Notes: a model not told the origin generated them from the sequence alone. A DNA stretch of 64,000 bases from Bacteroidota bacterium (GCA_018267055.1 JAFDZF010000061.1:24739-88738); one strand, 5' to 3'. Numbered from the stretch's first letter, positions 42,297-51,162 are shown. Numbers and translations are program-made.

Positions 42297-43676
42297 TCAG
42301 CGGGCGGGCAGGATCAATGTCGGCGCCTGTTCCGGCTCGGGCGGTGCTTCCTCGCCCGCTCCCTCCACTTCCTCCCGCTCCCGCCACAGCACGATCTCAT
42401 CCTCTGTGATCACCGTGATGAGAATGATGAGGATGATGGTGAAGGGATTGAGCGAACCGGTGAGCCAGCTCTCGTACATCACCGAGAAGAGCACGGAGAA
42501 CATCACGGCGAAGGCGATGGGCACCCGTTTGTTCGCCTTGAAGAAAATGAGCACGAAGCTGCGCAGGTACAAGGCCAGGCCAATGACCCCCGTATTGAAC
42601 CAGAGCGTGAGGTAACTGTTGTGCACGCCGCCCTGATGCCCCATACTACGCAGGTACGGATAGTTCTGCCGCATGACGTACTCGTCATTGGAGAACCCCC
42701 CTCCGATGAGGAAATGCCCTCCTTCGTTAATCTTCTGCCAGGCGAACCCCCAGGCGAAGTAGCGTCCGGAGCCGTCCTCCAGGGTGTTCACGCGGAAATA
42801 GTCCTGCAATCCCAATGCGGTGAGGATGGCGGGCAGGTTGTTGGCCACCAGTTCCGAGACGCCGATGAAGGCCAGGAAGGCGATGAAGCCGATGAAAGGG
42901 GAGAGCGCGAAGAACCGCGAGAACAACAAGAACATCAGCGTGGAGACGATCGATGTGCGGGAACCGCACTTGATGAGAAAATAAGCAAGAACGCCATAGA
43001 TGAACAGCTTGGTCCATCCCCCGAAGAGATCGCGCTTCACCTTATCAAGCACGGCGACCAACATCAAGAACAGGAAACAGAAGATGGCCAGGCCATTGGG
43101 GTTCCCGAAGTAGCCCCGGAAGCGTCCACCCACGAACGACCACCAGCCCGGTCCGATGAAAGGCATCACCCATTGGGAGAGCAGCACGGTCAGAAGGAAC
43201 AGGACCAAGTGTTTGAAGAACATCCATCCCTGGCGACGATAGGCAAAGAGCACGTAATTGGGGATCACCAAATAGAGCAAGGCATAGGAAAGCGTCTTCT
43301 GGATGGAGGTGATCGGATCGGCGGCCCGCACGATGGGGATCAGAGCGAACACGAAAAAGGGCATGAACACGCGGAAGACCGATGCGTGCGGCTGCATGCG
43401 GACCTGGTCCATGAGGAAGATCAGCGAAAGCGCCACGATGTAGGTGTACTTGGCGGTCTTCACCACCCGCATCGCCACGATGCCTGGGTTCATGTCAGAC
43501 ACCACCAGGACGATGATGAAGCCGAAGAGCATGTCGGGCCACATCTCCCGCCGGCGCATGAGGAACACGCTGACGGGCAATACCAGATAGAGCAATGGCC
43601 CCATGAACACAGTGGTGGCCAGCCAGAACAGGATGAGCCCGAAGAGCTGGAGATGGTCTCGGAAGAACCCGCTCAT
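42297..43676 (-). CDS. O-antigen ligase / Wzy-like polymerase family membrane protein
   Basis: About 10-12 TM segments, a large loop, and the pattern GNPNGLA...GSRTS...HNSYLTLWFNTGVIG typical of the Wzy_C domain. GC is visibly lower (~52-55%) than the flanks. Confidence 0.75.
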   Translation of the reverse strand: MSGFFRDHLQLFGLILFWLATTVFMGPLLYLVLPVSVFLMRRREMWPDMLFGFIIVLVVSDMNPGIVAMRVVKTAKYTYIVALSLIFLMDQVRMQPHASVFRVFMPFFVFALIPIVRAADPITSIQKTLSYALLYLVIPNYVLFAYRRQGWMFFKHLVLFLLTVLLSQWVMPFIGPGWWSFVGGRFRGYFGNPNGLAIFCFLFLMLVAVLDKVKRDLFGGWTKLFIYGVLAYFLIKCGSRTSIVSTLMFLLFSRFFALSPFIGFIAFLAFIGVSELVANNLPAILTALGLQDYFRVNTLEDGSGRYFAWGFAWQKINEGGHFLIGGGFSNDEYVMRQNYPYLRSMGHQGGVHNSYLTLWFNTGVIGLALYLRSFVLIFFKANKRVPIAFAVMFSVLFSVMYESWLTGSLNPFTIILIILITVITEDEIVLWREREEVEGAGEEAPPEPEQAPTLILPAR

Positions 43677-45331
43677 CGGTCAGGCACTGGGGTTGATGTC
43701 CGACGTCCACCGGACGGATGCATCTCTCCGGCCACTTGGGGCCCGCGCTCATGGGCGAACGTGAAGAGCGCGTCGACATGACCCTGCCAGGTCTCCATCG
43801 TAAGCGGCCTGCGCCAGCGGCGGATATGACGGGGCATCTCTGCGGCGATGGCATCGCGCATGGCCCTGGCCTCGGCCTCCATACGCCCTGCGCTCAAGGG
43901 GCCCTTCAACAGCCGCTCCAGGGTATCCGCGAAGCGCGCTTGCAGCTCTGGCGACCGCATGCAGGCCTTATAGAGCCGGGCCGTCGGCGAGGCATGCCGC
44001 ATCAGGTGCTTCACCATGTCATAACCCGGGCTGGTGGCCATCCCCAACCCCATGTCGCTGTCGCCCATCAGGAAGCGCCAGCGGCCATCGCGCACGCCCA
44101 CCGTGTCGGCAGGCCCCGTATAGCGCCACCACTTCACGTTCTGGTCCGGCCAGTCGATATTGCCCAGGACCACCTGTGCGGCGATGTAGGTGAGGAAGCC
44201 GTCCACATCGAGGGAACGGGCAAGGCTGTCCATGAAAGCGGGACCGCTGGCGTCCCACCGTTCGGCCTTCGTCAGGAACCGGCCGAACCGCCGGACCTCC
44301 GCGCTATCCCCATCGTAGAGCTCGAGCCGGTCGGCCAGGATGGTCACCTGCTTCGCCCGCAGCCCGTACCGCCGGGCGATCTCTTTCGCGTTCATCCGTG
44401 GGCGGATGTTGTGCAGGCCCCAGTAGGCCCCATTGACGTAGACCACGCAGGGCACGTACCCGGCGGTGCCGAACGGCAGGTCCTTGCACAGCCGGTGCTG
44501 CAAGGCATCGCGGAAGAAGGTGCGGTCCTGGTCGTTCCCCGAGGCCCGCAGGATGAGCGCATGCGGTCCCTTCGCCCCTCCATCCCCGAAGAGGTCGAAT
44601 ACCGGATCGTCGGCCAGGGTCACCCGCAGGGCATGCTGCGGAAAGCCGCGCGTGTTGTTGCCATTGATGCGCAAGGCACAATCGCTGCTGAACACGGGAA
44701 CGCCATCGCGGTCGAAGTAGTCCAGGTGGGCCTGCCGCTGCCAGCGCTTGCCCTTGAACTGGAAGTTCCCCGGGTACTTCCACCATTTCTGCGAGCGGGG
44801 ATAGCGCTGCACGACTTCCTCATCGGTGTGGAAGATGGCATGCCCCACCACGTAGATGCCCGTGTCCGGATCGAACAGCGCCCCGGGCGGAAGGGTCAGC
44901 GCCACCACCGGCAAGGCCCCCCCCCGAGGCACGAACACCCGTTCGGTGAGCGCGCCGCTGCGCCCATGCGCGTCCACCGCGCAGGCACGCACCGTCAAGG
45001 CCTCGGGGAAATCGCCGATGGGGTGACGCCACTGCACGGACGTCGGCGTGTGGATCAGGCGCTCGATCGCATGGGATCCCTCCGGCACGAAAGGACCGGC
45101 ATAGACCGGGCTGCCGGCGTCGGGCGATGTGCCATCGAGCGTATAATGGATCGTGCTCCCTGCCGGGCCTTCGATGCGGACCCGGCCTTCCGCATCCCGG
45201 GCGATGGACGGGGCCTCCAGGTCGCACCGTCCACTGTGGGCCTTGGAGCGTGGCAACGCTGCGGTGAGCAGGACCGCCAAGCCGACCAGGGCCGCAAGCA
45301 CGGATGCCGAACGGAGATCGCCGCGCTGCAT
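43673..45331 (-). CDS. CotH kinase-family protein (secreted or anchored), second copy
   Basis: N-terminal anchor, an Fn3-associated-like TIHYTLDGTSPDAGSPVY, and a CotH core (LRINGNNTRGFPQHALRV...LILRASGNDQDRTFFRDAL...VVYVNGAYWGLHNIR). ATGA overlap with the wzy-like gene. Confidence 0.75.
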   Translation of the reverse strand: MQRGDLRSASVLAALVGLAVLLTAALPRSKAHSGRCDLEAPSIARDAEGRVRIEGPAGSTIHYTLDGTSPDAGSPVYAGPFVPEGSHAIERLIHTPTSVQWRHPIGDFPEALTVRACAVDAHGRSGALTERVFVPRGGALPVVALTLPPGALFDPDTGIYVVGHAIFHTDEEVVQRYPRSQKWWKYPGNFQFKGKRWQRQAHLDYFDRDGVPVFSSDCALRINGNNTRGFPQHALRVTLADDPVFDLFGDGGAKGPHALILRASGNDQDRTFFRDALQHRLCKDLPFGTAGYVPCVVYVNGAYWGLHNIRPRMNAKEIARRYGLRAKQVTILADRLELYDGDSAEVRRFGRFLTKAERWDASGPAFMDSLARSLDVDGFLTYIAAQVVLGNIDWPDQNVKWWRYTGPADTVGVRDGRWRFLMGDSDMGLGMATSPGYDMVKHLMRHASPTARLYKACMRSPELQARFADTLERLLKGPLSAGRMEAEARAMRDAIAAEMPRHIRRWRRPLTMETWQGHVDALFTFAHERGPQVAGEMHPSGGRRTSTPVPDR

Positions 45332-45338
45332 GCGGTGC

Positions 45339-45755
45339 TCAAGAAGGGTCGGCGGCGGAGGACCAGCGGAGCAGCAGGGCCACCGGGACCATCAGCACGA
45401 GGGCGACAAGCGCGGCGCTGGAACCGCATCCGATACCGATGACCACCGCCGCCAACCGGGGCAGGGATGAGCGCCAGGTGCCCTCCTGCGGCGCGGACAG
45501 CCCTGGGCGGACGAGAAGCGCCACCCCGACCAGCGCAATGCTCAACGGCACCGACGCCCGCACGAAGAGCACGGCCAGCGCCACCAAGGCGGCCAGCACC
45601 GCCAGGTGCTTCGGGGCGCTGTCGCCCGAGGCCCGGCCGACGAGCCCTGCCACGAACGCGAGCAACGCGGCCAGCAGGACGGCGAGCACGCCATTGCCGA
45701 TGTCATACGGGGTGAACGCACCCATCTGGTCGGCCAGCATTCCTTTCAGATCCAT
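45339..45755 (-). CDS. Hypothetical small integral membrane protein
   Basis: 138 aa from the internal ATG 45755, with three or four hydrophobic helices. It is the first gene of the minus-strand CotH/Wzy operon. Confidence 0.5.
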   Translation of the reverse strand: MDLKGMLADQMGAFTPYDIGNGVLAVLLAALLAFVAGLVGRASGDSAPKHLAVLAALVALAVLFVRASVPLSIALVGVALLVRPGLSAPQEGTWRSSLPRLAAVVIGIGCGSSAALVALVLMVPVALLLRWSSAADPS

Positions 45756-45842
45756 GGGCAGGGATTTCGCGGAGCGGAGCGGCCAAATGTAGGCAAGGGC
45801 CCAACCCGCGTTCCCACTACCTTCGGCGCGCCTCTTCCACCG

Positions 45843-46745
45843 ATGCGCAGCATCCCCACCGGCCTTTTCCTGCTCCTGGCGTTCCTCGCCCGGAACGCGT
45901 CCGCGCAGATGGTCACCACCGCGGGCACGACGCTCGCGATCGATGCGGGCACCTCGCTCCGCGTGGAAACGCCCCTGACCTGGTCCATCGCCGACGGGGC
46001 CACCGTGGTGAACAACGGCACCATCGTCCTCGGGCCGGAGGCCGACCTCCAGGAAGCCTTGGGCGCCCCCATCACCGGCGGTGGCACCGAGCGCACCACG
46101 CGGACACTGGCAGGCCCGTTGAACGCGGAAGCGCCGGGAGGGCTCGGCCTGGCGATCACCACCGATGCCGCCTTGGGCACCACCACCGTGGTGCGCGGCC
46201 ACCTCTCCCATACCGATACGTCCGATGCGGTCTCCATCGCCCGGTGGTACCGCGTGCTGCCCGCCAACAACAGCGGACTGAACGCCATGCTGGGCTTCGG
46301 TTACGATGCCACCGAGCTCAATGGCATCACCGAGCTTGGGCAGGTGGTGCACATCGCCACCTCGGGCGACACCGTCTGGTCACCGCTGAGCAGCTCGGTC
46401 CTGCCGGTGGCCAGCACCGTGAACGCCGGTCCGGTGGACAGCCTGGGGCATTTCACCACCTTCGAAGGGGAGGTGCCCATGGACATCGGCGCAGCGCATG
46501 CGGCCGGCGCGCTCCCTTACCTCGTGCCGACCGTGGCCACGGACCGCGTCTTCCTGCACCTGCCCGAAGGCATGCGCATCTCGCGGATCGAGGTGATCGC
46601 CATGGACGGACGGATGCTCCAGCGCATCACCGGCGACCTGCATGCGCAGGCGGGCGGAACGCCCATCGACATCGACAGGCTGCCGCCGGGACGCTACGTG
46701 CTGCGGCTTGACGGCCGTACCACGTTGGACCTCATCAAGCGATGA
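45843..46745 (+). CDS. Secreted protein with T9SS C-terminal sorting domain
   Basis: Signal peptide MRSIPTGLFLLLAFLARNASAQ at the internal ATG 45843. C-terminal VFLHLPEGMRISRIEVIAMDGRML...LPPGRYVLRL CTD. Confidence 0.7.
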   Translation: MRSIPTGLFLLLAFLARNASAQMVTTAGTTLAIDAGTSLRVETPLTWSIADGATVVNNGTIVLGPEADLQEALGAPITGGGTERTTRTLAGPLNAEAPGGLGLAITTDAALGTTTVVRGHLSHTDTSDAVSIARWYRVLPANNSGLNAMLGFGYDATELNGITELGQVVHIATSGDTVWSPLSSSVLPVASTVNAGPVDSLGHFTTFEGEVPMDIGAAHAAGALPYLVPTVATDRVFLHLPEGMRISRIEVIAMDGRMLQRITGDLHAQAGGTPIDIDRLPPGRYVLRLDGRTTLDLIKR

Positions 46746-47524
46746 AGCGGTCGATCCTCCTCCTTGCCGGATGCGGCCTGCTGGCCGGCATGACGCACGC
46801 CCAGTGGGAGGTCCCCACGAGCGTGGTGCTGGACGGTGCCGACCCCGCGCAGCGCCAGGTGACCGGGTTGAGCGCCCCCACCGGGGAAGCGAACGGTGCC
46901 AACCTCGACGCGGACCGTTACCGGACCACCAGCTTCGGCGTGGCGGAAGGCGATGGGGCGCTCACGCTCCACCTCACCCCCTCCTTGCAGGCCTATGTTC
47001 CGGGACTGCGCCTCACCATTTCGCCGCAAACCGTCAATCAGGGCGATGTCACCTTGGACGTGGACGGCCTGGGGCCGGTGCCGGTGCGGAAATACCTGAC
47101 CCTGCCCCTGGACAGCGGCGACCTGGTGCCCGGCATCCCGGTGGACCTGATCTACGACGGGGCCGTGTTCCAAGTAAACAATCAATTATACCCCGCTTGT
47201 CCACCCGGCATGACCGCGATCGGCCGTGAGGCCTGCATCGAGCTGACAACGAACGAGGCAGCGAACTGGTATGCAGCCGGCACCCGCTGTGTCAATCGCG
47301 GGTTGCGGCTCTGTTCATTCAGCGAATGGATGACCGGATGCCTGAACGACCCCTCGTTCATCACCACCGTTTCCGACTACGAGTGGGTGGATGATGCCGC
47401 CAATCTGTACAATTCAGCAAAGACGATGGGGATCAGCAATATCACCTCCCTGATCGATTGCAGAGGCGGAGGACATCGGGATCCGCTCGGCCAAGCCCCT
47501 TACCGCTGTTGCTCCAGCCGATGA
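46742..47524 (+). CDS. Secreted Cys-rich protein, paralogue 1 (unknown N-terminal domain + mini FGE/SUMF1-like C-terminal domain)
   Basis: Signal peptide. 8 conserved Cys. Motifs CPPG, RLCSFSEW, DYEWVDD and terminal RCC. ATGA overlaps on both sides. Confidence 0.7.
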   Translation: MKRSILLLAGCGLLAGMTHAQWEVPTSVVLDGADPAQRQVTGLSAPTGEANGANLDADRYRTTSFGVAEGDGALTLHLTPSLQAYVPGLRLTISPQTVNQGDVTLDVDGLGPVPVRKYLTLPLDSGDLVPGIPVDLIYDGAVFQVNNQLYPACPPGMTAIGREACIELTTNEAANWYAAGTRCVNRGLRLCSFSEWMTGCLNDPSFITTVSDYEWVDDAANLYNSAKTMGISNITSLIDCRGGGHRDPLGQAPYRCCSSR

Positions 47525-48300
47525 AGATCGCAATGACAGCACTGTGGACGATGTGCACCGTGGTCGTTCAGGCACAAGTACACCTGGATCGCTCACTGGT
47601 CCTGACCGGTACGAACGGAGCGGCACACAGTATGGACGGATTGGCCCCGGCGGAACAAGGAAGCGCGTTAATCACGCTGGGCAGTGCCCGCAATGGTGAC
47701 CACACATGGGCGCAAACGGGCGGAACACCCATGACGATCACCTTGAACATGACCCCTCCTTGCACAGCCTATACCCCAGGCTTGTCGATCACGTTCATGC
47801 CGAACGCAGATGCCGCAGGACCTATCCTGCTCAATGTGGACGGGCTCGGCCCGCGCCGACTGCTAAGGGGCGATCGTGGGGCAGTGGATTTCGGCCAGAT
47901 CGGACCAGGGAGGGTCGTCCAGGTGATCTATGCGGATACCTGTTTCGTGCTGAAGGACCGCCCCCGGGAAGGATGCCCGGCAGGGTTCCTGGCAGCGAAC
48001 GACCGCTTGTGCATCCAACAGAACGACACCTTGTTCGTTTCCATCTATAGTGCAAGCAAATGGTGCCTCCAACGCGGGGCTCGCTTATGTACCTGGGACG
48101 AATACATCCAAGGCTGCACAGCTACCCAAGCCCAGTTGCTGGGATTGTTCGACGATTGGGAGTGGGTGGATGACAGCAGCGACCACACCCATACTGCTGA
48201 CCAAGTGGGGCGATACTCCTGCCGAGGACTGCGGAACACCGGAGCGGTCGAGACCCCGAACAATTATGGCGGCGTGCGCTGCTGCTATCATCCCCGATGA
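47521..48300 (+). CDS. Secreted Cys-rich protein, paralogue 2
   Basis: Start at ATG 47521 (MKIAMTALW...). Motifs CPAG, RLCTWDEY, DWEWVDD and terminal RCC. ATGA overlaps. Confidence 0.7.
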   Translation: MKIAMTALWTMCTVVVQAQVHLDRSLVLTGTNGAAHSMDGLAPAEQGSALITLGSARNGDHTWAQTGGTPMTITLNMTPPCTAYTPGLSITFMPNADAAGPILLNVDGLGPRRLLRGDRGAVDFGQIGPGRVVQVIYADTCFVLKDRPREGCPAGFLAANDRLCIQQNDTLFVSIYSASKWCLQRGARLCTWDEYIQGCTATQAQLLGLFDDWEWVDDSSDHTHTADQVGRYSCRGLRNTGAVETPNNYGGVRCCYHPR

Positions 48301-49088
48301 GCCCTTGGATACCCTGCGCTCTGCTGGTGACCGTTCTGGCCCTGCAAAGCGACCTCTCCGCACAAGTGCATATCGATCGACCCATCCGGCTGGAAGGATC
48401 GGATGCCGCGAACCGTCAGGTCGTCGGCCTGCGTGATGGTGATGGCGAGAGCGACGCCCTGAACGCGGGCACCCTCCGTGCCGCACCCTACCGGTATGCA
48501 GAAGTGGCCGGCACCACGCAATGGGACGTCACCTTGACACCCACAGTGTCCGAAGCACACGAAGGACTTTGCCTGCTACTGCTCAGCAACGATGGGAACA
48601 GCGGCCCGGTCATCATTGGACTAAGCTCGGCAGGGAGCTTCCCTTTGCTGAAAGGGCCTGGTCTCCCTCTCCAGGCCGGAGATGTGCTGCCGGGTGAATT
48701 GGTAAGCGCCGTGTTCGACGGCACCACTTTCCAATTGATCGCCGCCCGAAGACAGGATATCCGCCCCTGCCCTTCAGGCAGCGTAGCCGTGAACGAACAG
48801 TACTGCATCGAGATCGCGCAGCACGATACGGCGGAGTTCGACGTGGCCAGCATCGCCTGCGGGCAACAGAACGGTCGCATGTGTACCTGGTCCGAGTGGT
48901 GGGTCGCCTGTAATAAGCTGAGCACCCTGGGCCTTCAGGACATGGTGGGCGATTGGGAATGGACCAACAATGCCGCCAATGCGGATGGCTACGTGCGCGT
49001 GGTCGGTCAAAGCTCATGCACGCAGGCGGCCACTTCCGTAGGCTGGGGAGGATTGCAGCGCAGCTTCCGCTGTTGCTACCGGCGGTAG
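48297..49088 (+). CDS. Secreted Cys-rich protein, paralogue 3
   Basis: Signal peptide ...LQSDLSAQ. Motifs CPSG, RMCTWSEW, GLQDMVGDWEWTNN and terminal RCC. Confidence 0.7.
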   Translation: MSPWIPCALLVTVLALQSDLSAQVHIDRPIRLEGSDAANRQVVGLRDGDGESDALNAGTLRAAPYRYAEVAGTTQWDVTLTPTVSEAHEGLCLLLLSNDGNSGPVIIGLSSAGSFPLLKGPGLPLQAGDVLPGELVSAVFDGTTFQLIAARRQDIRPCPSGSVAVNEQYCIEIAQHDTAEFDVASIACGQQNGRMCTWSEWWVACNKLSTLGLQDMVGDWEWTNNAANADGYVRVVGQSSCTQAATSVGWGGLQRSFRCCYRR

Positions 49089-49089
49089 C

Positions 49090-50121
49090 TCATCCCAAAG
49101 CCTGGTCGTAGAGCGCCACCAGCCGCTGGTTGCGCACGCGGAGGTCGAACTTCTCCCGCACCACCGCCAGGCTCTCCGCTCCCATCCGGGCCAGCAGCGC
49201 CGGATCGTCCATCAGCTGCCGCACGTGCTCCGCGATGCGGTCGGCGATCGCGTCGCTCGGCACGCCGGCCACCGGCAGCAGCCAGCCGTTGCGCCCCTCC
49301 TGCACCACCTCCGGAAGCGAGCTGGTGGCCGAACAGATCACCGGCAGCTGGGCCCCCATGGCCTCCAGGATGGTGTTGTTGAAGGGATCGCTGAAGGTGG
49401 TGCTCACGAACACGTGCGCCTTTCGCATGAGCTGCAGCAGGCCGGCATGGGGCAGGCCCCGGTGCAGGGTGATGCGCGGGTCCTCCGCGATGGTGCGCTC
49501 GGCCCAGGCGATGTCCTCCGCGGACGGGAACACGCCCCAGTCCACCTCCAGGTTGCTTACGATCCAGAGCTGCGCGTCGGGGCGGCCGAGCCGTTGGAAA
49601 GCCTTGAGCAGCTCCACACCGCCTTTGCGGTAGAACCCGTTGCCGGCGAAGAGGACGGTGAAGCGGCCGGGGTCCTTGGCGCCGGGCAGGTACTGCTCCA
49701 CCGCCCGGTAGATCACGGTCATCTTCGCCGGGTCCACCCCCGCGGCCGCCAGCTTGTCGCGGTTCAGCCCCAGCGTGTGGTGGCTGGTGAACAGCAGCCA
49801 CTTGCAGTCCTTGTCCGCCAGGCGGCGAAGCCCCCACTGGAACAGCGGGTTCCGCTCCGACATCGGCTTGTAGCGCGGCAGATAGCTCTCCACCTCGATC
49901 ACCCACGGGCGGTGGTTGGCCACCACGCTGTTGTAGGTATGGTAGAGGTCGGCCGGCTTCAGCGGGAAGAAGAGCTTGGTGTGCGCGAGGAACTGGCGCT
50001 CGATGTGCAGCACGTGCCAGGGGATGTCCACCATGCGCGAATAGCGGTAGCCCTCCGGCGGATTGCTGAAGCAGTAGTGCTGCCAGTAACGGGTCCGGTT
50101 GCTGATGCCGACGACGCGCAT
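49090..50121 (-). CDS. Glycosyltransferase (GT4-like, GT-B fold)
   Basis: C-terminal GT1/GT4 signature: FVSTTFSDPFNNTILEAMGAQLPVICS...EVVQEGRNGWL. Confidence 0.8.
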   Translation of the reverse strand: MRVVGISNRTRYWQHYCFSNPPEGYRYSRMVDIPWHVLHIERQFLAHTKLFFPLKPADLYHTYNSVVANHRPWVIEVESYLPRYKPMSERNPLFQWGLRRLADKDCKWLLFTSHHTLGLNRDKLAAAGVDPAKMTVIYRAVEQYLPGAKDPGRFTVLFAGNGFYRKGGVELLKAFQRLGRPDAQLWIVSNLEVDWGVFPSAEDIAWAERTIAEDPRITLHRGLPHAGLLQLMRKAHVFVSTTFSDPFNNTILEAMGAQLPVICSATSSLPEVVQEGRNGWLLPVAGVPSDAIADRIAEHVRQLMDDPALLARMGAESLAVVREKFDLRVRNQRLVALYDQALG

Positions 50122-50159
50122 GAGGGGTCCACCGTCCGTGCCCGGACGGGGCGTCGAAA

Positions 50160-51155
50160 TTAGCCGGCCGGCCGTGCCTGGGCCCGGTCGTGCTCCCGCT
50201 CGGCATACCAGGTGTGGAACCGGGCCAGTCCCTCGGGCAGGGCGGTCAGCGGCCGGTAGCCGAAATGGGCGTGGGCCTTGCTGATGTCCGCGTAGGTCTG
50301 GGGTACGTCACCGGGCTGCTCCGGCCGCCGGTCGATCAGGGCGGTGCGGCCGGCCTCCCGCTCGATGGCCGCGATGAGGTCGCGCAGGGGGACGGTATCG
50401 GAATTCCCCAGGTTGTACACCTCGAAGAGCCCGCCCTGGACACGGTCCATCGCCGCGCGCACCCCGTGGATGATGTCGGCGATGAACGTATAGTCGCGGC
50501 GTGTGCTCCCATCGCCGAACTGCTGGATGGGCAGGCCCTCGCTGATCTTCCGGAAGAACTGGTGGATGGCCAGGTCGGGTCGCTGGCGCGGGCCATAGAC
50601 GGTGAAGAACCGCAGCGCGGTCACCTTCAGCCCATGCAGGTGCGCGTGCACCTGCGCGAACTGCTCGGCGGCGAGCTTGGTGGCCGCATAGGGGCTGATG
50701 GGCTGGATGCCGCGCTCGCGCTCCTTCCAAGGCACGTGGGGATCCTCCCCGTAGACGCTGCTGCTGCTGGCCAGGACGAAATGGGCGATCCCCTTCCGGC
50801 GGGCCTGCTCCAGGAGCTTCAGGTTACCGGTCACGTTCACGCGGTGGTAGCCGAGGGGATCGGCGATGCTGGGCCGCACGCCCGCCTTGGCCGCGATGTG
50901 CACCACCGTGGCGCCCGCGGCATCAGCGAACGCCTCCTCCAGCACGGTGTCGTCCAGGATGTCCCCTTCGATGAGGCAGTAGCCCGGGTGGGCCCGGTGG
51001 CCGGCGATGTTGGCCTCCTTCACCGCGCGGGGATAGAAGGGATCGAAGTTGTCGATCGCCGTCACGCGCTGCCCTTCCGCGAGCAGCCGGTCCACCAGGT
51101 GGCTGCCGATGAAGCCGGCGCCGCCGGTGACGATCACGTGACGGGAAGTGCTCAT
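50160..51155 (-). CDS. NAD-dependent epimerase/dehydratase (UDP-glucuronate 4-epimerase-like)
   Basis: [21 protein letters not shown], and YAATKLAAE (YxxxK). Confidence 0.8.
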   Translation of the reverse strand: MSTSRHVIVTGGAGFIGSHLVDRLLAEGQRVTAIDNFDPFYPRAVKEANIAGHRAHPGYCLIEGDILDDTVLEEAFADAAGATVVHIAAKAGVRPSIADPLGYHRVNVTGNLKLLEQARRKGIAHFVLASSSSVYGEDPHVPWKERERGIQPISPYAATKLAAEQFAQVHAHLHGLKVTALRFFTVYGPRQRPDLAIHQFFRKISEGLPIQQFGDGSTRRDYTFIADIIHGVRAAMDRVQGGLFEVYNLGNSDTVPLRDLIAAIEREAGRTALIDRRPEQPGDVPQTYADISKAHAHFGYRPLTALPEGLARFHTWYAEREHDRAQARPAG

Positions 51156-51162
51156 GGCGGGC

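Noticed and set aside
45339-45755. Assigning the small membrane protein to DUF4956, a family I associate with CotH/VTC neighbourhoods.
   Set aside because: I cannot recall diagnostic motifs well enough to match it, and no VTC-domain gene is present. It is left as hypothetical.
46742-49088. Possibility that the three FGE-like paralogues are targets of a diversity-generating retroelement within this window.
   Set aside because: There is no reverse-transcriptase gene in the window. The 3' ends of the three genes are not near-identical at the DNA level, so there is no TR/VR pair. The idea is kept only as a genome-wide check.
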